Source of the DNA: a phage
DNA: 64,000 nucleotides
Strand: one strand, 5' to 3'
Sequence record: PZ543597.1
This document shows positions 59,542 to 64,000 of the stretch, in pieces. A program made the translations under genes and the position numbers. The notes under the pieces are model-generated. The model did not search any database and was not told where the DNA came from. It saw nothing but the letters and a program-made list of their open reading frames with translations. Positions within the stretch are counted from its first letter, which is position 1. Each line of letters starts with the position of its first letter.

Positions 59542-60026
59542 TTTTAAAAACTCGCTGGTATGATTTAGATGATGGGGACGATAGCATTTCAGTTGATAGA
59601 GTTGACTGGAATGGCTGTTCCGAAGATATGAAAAATTTGCTGATTAGGGAGTTTAGAATGGGATATCAACCAGTTAAGCCATCTACTGCAACAGATGATA
59701 AATTCGTGTGTATTCATAATGGTCGCGCTAAATTAACGAACGCTGATTGGTTCACAGATAAAATTATGATTCTGTGGTACATTATTAGTTTTCCTGTGAC
59801 ATCATTTGTATTTTGCTTCTTTGGAGAAAGTCCAGTAGGCAGAACGGGAGATTGGATTCTTTTAATCATACTTGTTAATATTTTTACAGCAGCAGTACTA
59901 TCAGGAATATGGTGCGTGTTCATTGAAATGCCATGGCGTTTACGTAGGCAGCAAAAGATTTTTGATGAAAAGAAATATACTCAAAATTTAAATAACTTTA
60001 TCACTGAATGCAGGAAATTAAAATGA
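59538..60026 (+). CDS. small two-TM membrane protein (paralogue family)
   Basis: start placed at internal ATG (MILKTRWYDL...) with SD aggaaa; two hydrophobic segments; C-terminus FITECRKLK. Confidence 0.55.
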   Translation: MILKTRWYDLDDGDDSISVDRVDWNGCSEDMKNLLIREFRMGYQPVKPSTATDDKFVCIHNGRAKLTNADWFTDKIMILWYIISFPVTSFVFCFFGESPVGRTGDWILLIILVNIFTAAVLSGIWCVFIEMPWRLRRQQKIFDEKKYTQNLNNFITECRKLK

Positions 60027-60463
60027 AAACATTATCAGCTGGTATTATCTTTATGACAGAAGATAAAGATTTATTCATGGGACGGGTTACTGGTTCTCGT
60101 AAGCCTGGAATGATGGCACATCGCTGGGATATTCCAAAGGGCCGTGTAGAAAATTCTGATTTAAACGCACTAGATGCAGCACGAAGAGAATGTTTAGAAG
60201 AGACTGGTTTTAGCAATTATAATCCAGACCTTCTAGAAGACCTAGGTGTATTTAAATATTCTAGTAATAAAGACTTACAGTTATTTTATTATACGATTCC
60301 AGTAGAGCATGAGATGTTTAGAAATTGCCATTGCGAGTCTTATTTTGAAAATAAAGATGGTGTTATGATTCCAGAGATGGATGCTTTTGCTCTTATTCCT
60401 CGTACTCAGTGGCAATATGTGATGGGTCCTTCACTTTACCGAATAATGAACAGCCTCTTTTAA
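60023..60463 (+). CDS. nudE: Nudix hydrolase NudE
   Basis: Nudix box GRVENSDLNALDAARRECLEETGF (G-x5-E-x7-REUxEExGU); immediately upstream of e as in T4; start at ATG with SD aggaaa. Confidence 0.85.
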   Translation: MKTLSAGIIFMTEDKDLFMGRVTGSRKPGMMAHRWDIPKGRVENSDLNALDAARRECLEETGFSNYNPDLLEDLGVFKYSSNKDLQLFYYTIPVEHEMFRNCHCESYFENKDGVMIPEMDAFALIPRTQWQYVMGPSLYRIMNSLF

Positions 60464-61266
<803 letters not shown>

Positions 61267-61268
61267 TG

Positions 61269-61297
61269 TTTACTTCCTCCAAGGACTTTGATACTAT
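61269..61297 (+). promoter_or_regulatory. early-type promoter (TTTACT-N17-TACTAT) upstream of denV
   Basis: -35 61269-61274, -10 61292-61297. Confidence 0.6.
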
Positions 61298-61324
61298 ACA
61301 TTCATCAACTACTTGGAGGAAATT

Positions 61325-61741
61325 ATGACTCGTATCAATTTAACACTTGTTTCTGAACTGACCGACCAACATCTTATGGCTGAGTATCGTGAATTGCCAC
61401 GTGTTTTTGGTATAGTTCGTAAGCATGTGGCAAACGGTAAGCGCGCTAAAGATTTTAAAATATCTTCTAAATTTATTTTAGGTTCTGGTCATGTTACTTT
61501 CTTTTACGATAAGTTAGAATTTTTGCGAAAGCGTCAATCGGACATTATAACGGAATGCTTAAAACGCGGGTTCAGTATAAAAGATACTGAAGTTCCTGAC
61601 ATCAGCGATATTCCAGTAGAATGGAAAAATGATTATAATCCATGCAAATCAGCTATTAAGTTGAGTCAACAACGACTCGATGAAAAAATTTTAATGAAGC
61701 CACACTGGTATAAGTATTACGGCAAAAATATTTACATTTAA
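61325..61741 (+). CDS. denV: endonuclease V (pyrimidine-dimer DNA glycosylase)
   Basis: 138 aa from [12 protein letters not shown]...; matches T4 EndoV as recalled; ORF track extends 4 codons upstream. Confidence 0.95.
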   Translation: MTRINLTLVSELTDQHLMAEYRELPRVFGIVRKHVANGKRAKDFKISSKFILGSGHVTFFYDKLEFLRKRQSDIITECLKRGFSIKDTEVPDISDIPVEWKNDYNPCKSAIKLSQQRLDEKILMKPHWYKYYGKNIYI

Positions 61742-61886
61742 ATAACATGGGAATAACCTGGACCTCATGATTCTATGAGGGATTCCCGCCAACCTGTAAT
61801 AAGGTCGAGCCCAAGTGCGGTAATGGGTAAATACAGAAATGGACAATTCATGCGCCATGGAATGGCCCAAATTTAGAGAGAATAAA

Positions 61887-62426
61887 ATGAGAACATTTTT
61901 AACTGGTCCTTATCTATCCCTGATGAATGCTTTTACACACCATTCTGATGCTAGAGTAGAAGAAATTTGTAAAAACGAATATATCCCACCATTTGAAGAC
62001 TTACTTAAGCAGTATTGCACACTTCGACTAGACGGTGGACGTCAATCCGGTAAATCAACTGCTGTGACTAACTTTGCTGCTAATTGGCTGTATGACGGTG
62101 GAACAGTTATTGTTCTTTCTAATACTTCAGCTTACGCTAAAATTTCTGCAGGCCACATTAAAAAAGAATTTTCTCGTTATTCTAGTGATGATATTCGATT
62201 CCGCTTATTTACTGATTCTGTCCGTAGTTTTATCGGTAATAAAGGAAGCAAGTTCAGAGGTTTATCTCTTTCGCGAATTTTGTATATAATCGATGAGCCT
62301 GTTAAATCTCCTGATATGGATAAAATTTACGATATTCATATTGAAACTGTGCAACACTGCTGTAATAGTAAATGCTGCATTGGCGGTATTACTCGTCCGC
62401 AGTTTTTCGTAATTGGAATGCAATGA
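61887..62426 (+). CDS. hypothetical P-loop (Walker A) protein
   Basis: start at ATG with SD (agagag); motif GGRQSGKST; 179 aa. Confidence 0.6.
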   Translation: MRTFLTGPYLSLMNAFTHHSDARVEEICKNEYIPPFEDLLKQYCTLRLDGGRQSGKSTAVTNFAANWLYDGGTVIVLSNTSAYAKISAGHIKKEFSRYSSDDIRFRLFTDSVRSFIGNKGSKFRGLSLSRILYIIDEPVKSPDMDKIYDIHIETVQHCCNSKCCIGGITRPQFFVIGMQ

Positions 62427-62752
62427 TGACAGATACGCAACTTTTCGAATATCTTTATTTTTCGCCAAAAACTATTAAAAATAAATTGGTGAATCATTTT
62501 GAAATTTTGGCAAATAACAACGTCTTGAGCGAATTTTATCCCAAGCAATACAAATTACAAAAAGGTGTATTCAAAGGATGCAGAGTTTTGTGCACTGCTC
62601 CTAATGCAAGATTAATGAATAAAATTCCATATTTTACCATGGAATTTATTGATGGACCATTTAAAGGATTAATTACTCAAAGTTTAATGGCATATGATTC
62701 TGAGCCATTTTTAATTAAAGAACAGTCTTGGATAAATTTATTTTCTAATTGA
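62423..62752 (+). CDS. hypothetical protein
   Basis: ATG overlapping the previous stop (ATGATGA); 109 aa. Confidence 0.5.
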   Translation: MMTDTQLFEYLYFSPKTIKNKLVNHFEILANNNVLSEFYPKQYKLQKGVFKGCRVLCTAPNARLMNKIPYFTMEFIDGPFKGLITQSLMAYDSEPFLIKEQSWINLFSN

Positions 62753-62758
62753 GGTTAT

Positions 62759-63121
62759 ATGAAAGCATATCAAATTCTTGAAGGCACGCATAAAGGTACT
62801 ATTTATTTTGAAGATGGTATTCAAGCACGAATTATTGTTTCTAAAACCTTTAAAGAGGACTCTTTTGTAGACCCAGAAATTTTCTACGGTTTGCATGCCC
62901 GTGAAATTGAAATTGAACCACAGCCTACAGTTAAAATTGAAGGTGGTCAACACCTGAACGTTAACGTTCTGCGTCGTGAAACTCTGGAAGATGCAGTTAA
63001 GCATCCGGAAAAATATCCGCAGCTGACCATCCGTGTATCCGGTTATGCAGTTCGCTTTAACTCTCTGACTCCGGAACAGCAGCGCGACGTTATCGCTCGT
63101 ACCTTTACTGAGAGCTTGTAA
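62759..63121 (+). CDS. glycyl-radical cofactor protein (GrcA/YfiD-like)
   Basis: 120 aa; C-terminal ~60 aa ([59 protein letters not shown]) match E. coli GrcA as recalled, with glycyl-radical motif RVSGY. Confidence 0.9.
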   Translation: MKAYQILEGTHKGTIYFEDGIQARIIVSKTFKEDSFVDPEIFYGLHAREIEIEPQPTVKIEGGQHLNVNVLRRETLEDAVKHPEKYPQLTIRVSGYAVRFNSLTPEQQRDVIARTFTESL

Positions 63122-63342
63122 TGGCAAAGATAATTATTGAAGGTTCTAAAGATGTGTTAAATGCTTTCGCAGAATGGTTTAGTAATTCAGGCGAACAGCA
63201 ATTTAATGAAGCGTGGAATATGGGTGATATTAGTGGAATTTATCCTACGACAGAAATTTCTGTTCAGGGATATGGCATTCATGAACCTATTCGTTTAGTT
63301 GAATATGATTTGGGAACGGGCGAGGAAGTCAAATATGATTGA
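63121..63342 (+). CDS. hypothetical small protein
   Basis: 73-aa ORF, start overlaps the previous stop. Confidence 0.5.
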   Translation: MAKIIIEGSKDVLNAFAEWFSNSGEQQFNEAWNMGDISGIYPTTEISVQGYGIHEPIRLVEYDLGTGEEVKYD

Positions 63343-63601
63343 AGATATTAAAGGTTATAAGCCGCACACTGAAGAGAAAATCGATAAAGTGAATGCTATC
63401 AAAGACGCTGAAGTTCGTTTAGGACTTATCTTTGATGCTTTATATGATGAATTCTGGGAAGCACTAGATAATTGTGAAGACTGTGAATTCGCGAAGAATT
63501 ATGCTGAAAGCCTCGATCAGTTAACTATTGCTAAAACGAAACTCAAAGAATCCAGTATGTGGGCTTGTCGTGCAGTGTTCAAACCAGAGGAAAAATACTA
63601 A
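63335..63601 (+). CDS. hypothetical small protein
   Basis: start at ATG with SD gaggaag overlapping the previous stop; 88 aa. Confidence 0.5.
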   Translation: MIEDIKGYKPHTEEKIDKVNAIKDAEVRLGLIFDALYDEFWEALDNCEDCEFAKNYAESLDQLTIAKTKLKESSMWACRAVFKPEEKY

Positions 63602-63879
63602 TGACTCAATTAAGCGCAGGGTTTGGTTATGAGTATTATACTGCCCCTCGTCGTGTATCTGTTGCTCCTAAGAAAATTCAAAGTCTTGATGATTTCCAGG
63701 AAGTAGTCCGTAACGCTTTCCAGGACTATGCACGCTATCTTAAAGAAGATTCACAGGACTGTCTCGAAGAAGATGAAATTGCTTACTATACGCAGCGTCT
63801 TGAACAGCTCAAAAATCTACATGAGGTTCGTGCCGAAGTTTCAAAGTCTATGAATAAATTGATTAGATTTAAAGAATAA
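63601..63879 (+). CDS. hypothetical small protein
   Basis: start at TAATG overlap ([13 protein letters not shown]...); 92 aa. Confidence 0.5.
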   Translation: MTQLSAGFGYEYYTAPRRVSVAPKKIQSLDDFQEVVRNAFQDYARYLKEDSQDCLEEDEIAYYTQRLEQLKNLHEVRAEVSKSMNKLIRFKE

Positions 63880-63882
63880 CTG

Positions 63883-63911
63883 TTTACTTTTCCTCTTGAC
63901 TGTGGTATAAT
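63883..63911 (+). promoter_or_regulatory. early-type promoter (TTTACT-N17-TATAAT)
   Basis: -35 63883-63888, -10 63906-63911. Confidence 0.6.
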
Positions 63912-63939
63912 TTTTCTATCAGTTAAGAGGAGAATAACA

Positions 63940-64000
63940 TGACTATCAACACAGAAGTTTTTATCCGTCGAAATAAGCTTCGTCGTCACTTTGAGTCGGA
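63940..64000 (+). CDS. hypothetical protein, 5' end only (truncated by window edge)
   Basis: ATG with SD gaggag; MTINTEVFIRRNKLRRHFES... Confidence 0.4.

Noticed and set aside
60008-60022. Upstream ATG (MQEIK...) as the nudE start
   Set aside because: It has no Shine-Dalgarno sequence; the ATG at 60023 is preceded by aggaaa and overlaps the upstream stop, matching the junction pattern of the neighbouring genes.
62940-63120. Possibility that the window contains contaminating E. coli chromosomal DNA (GrcA-identical segment)
   Set aside because: The host-like segment is fused in frame to an AT-rich phage-type 5' half with a phage-style SD and neighbouring phage genes, consistent with a phage-borne chimeric gene.

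Overview
This window is a T4-like (Tevenvirinae) myophage genome segment, colinear with the classical T4 map from the 3' end of DNA ligase (gene 30) to endonuclease V (denV) and beyond. It carries alt, the baseplate hub genes (54, 48, 29, 28, 27, 51, 26, 25), uvsY/uvsW, inh/hoc, rnlB, the head genes (24 to 20), tail, terminase, neck and baseplate genes (19 to 5, 53), then 4, 2, 3, 1, 57A/57B, an 11-gene tRNA cluster, nudE and lysozyme e. Several proteins (lysozyme, Rnl2, Alt, DNA ligase C-terminus, EndoV, fibritin foldon) are near-identical to T4 sequences as I recall them; no search was run. The most notable anomalies are: (1) a perfect 169-bp tandem duplication inside baseplate gene 7 that frameshifts it into two ORFs; (2) two full-length tandem Alt ADP-ribosyltransferase paralogues with divergent central regions; (3) four internal-protein-like genes with capsid-targeting leaders and unrelated bodies; (4) a tRNA cluster larger than the eight I recall for T4; (5) Hoc with an extra tandemly duplicated Ig-like domain; (6) a GrcA/YfiD-like gene whose 3' half has host-like codon usage; (7) a tandem array of paralogous two-TM membrane proteins; (8) a GC-rich noncoding block after the tRNA cluster. 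No CRISPR array or homing-endonuclease gene was seen.
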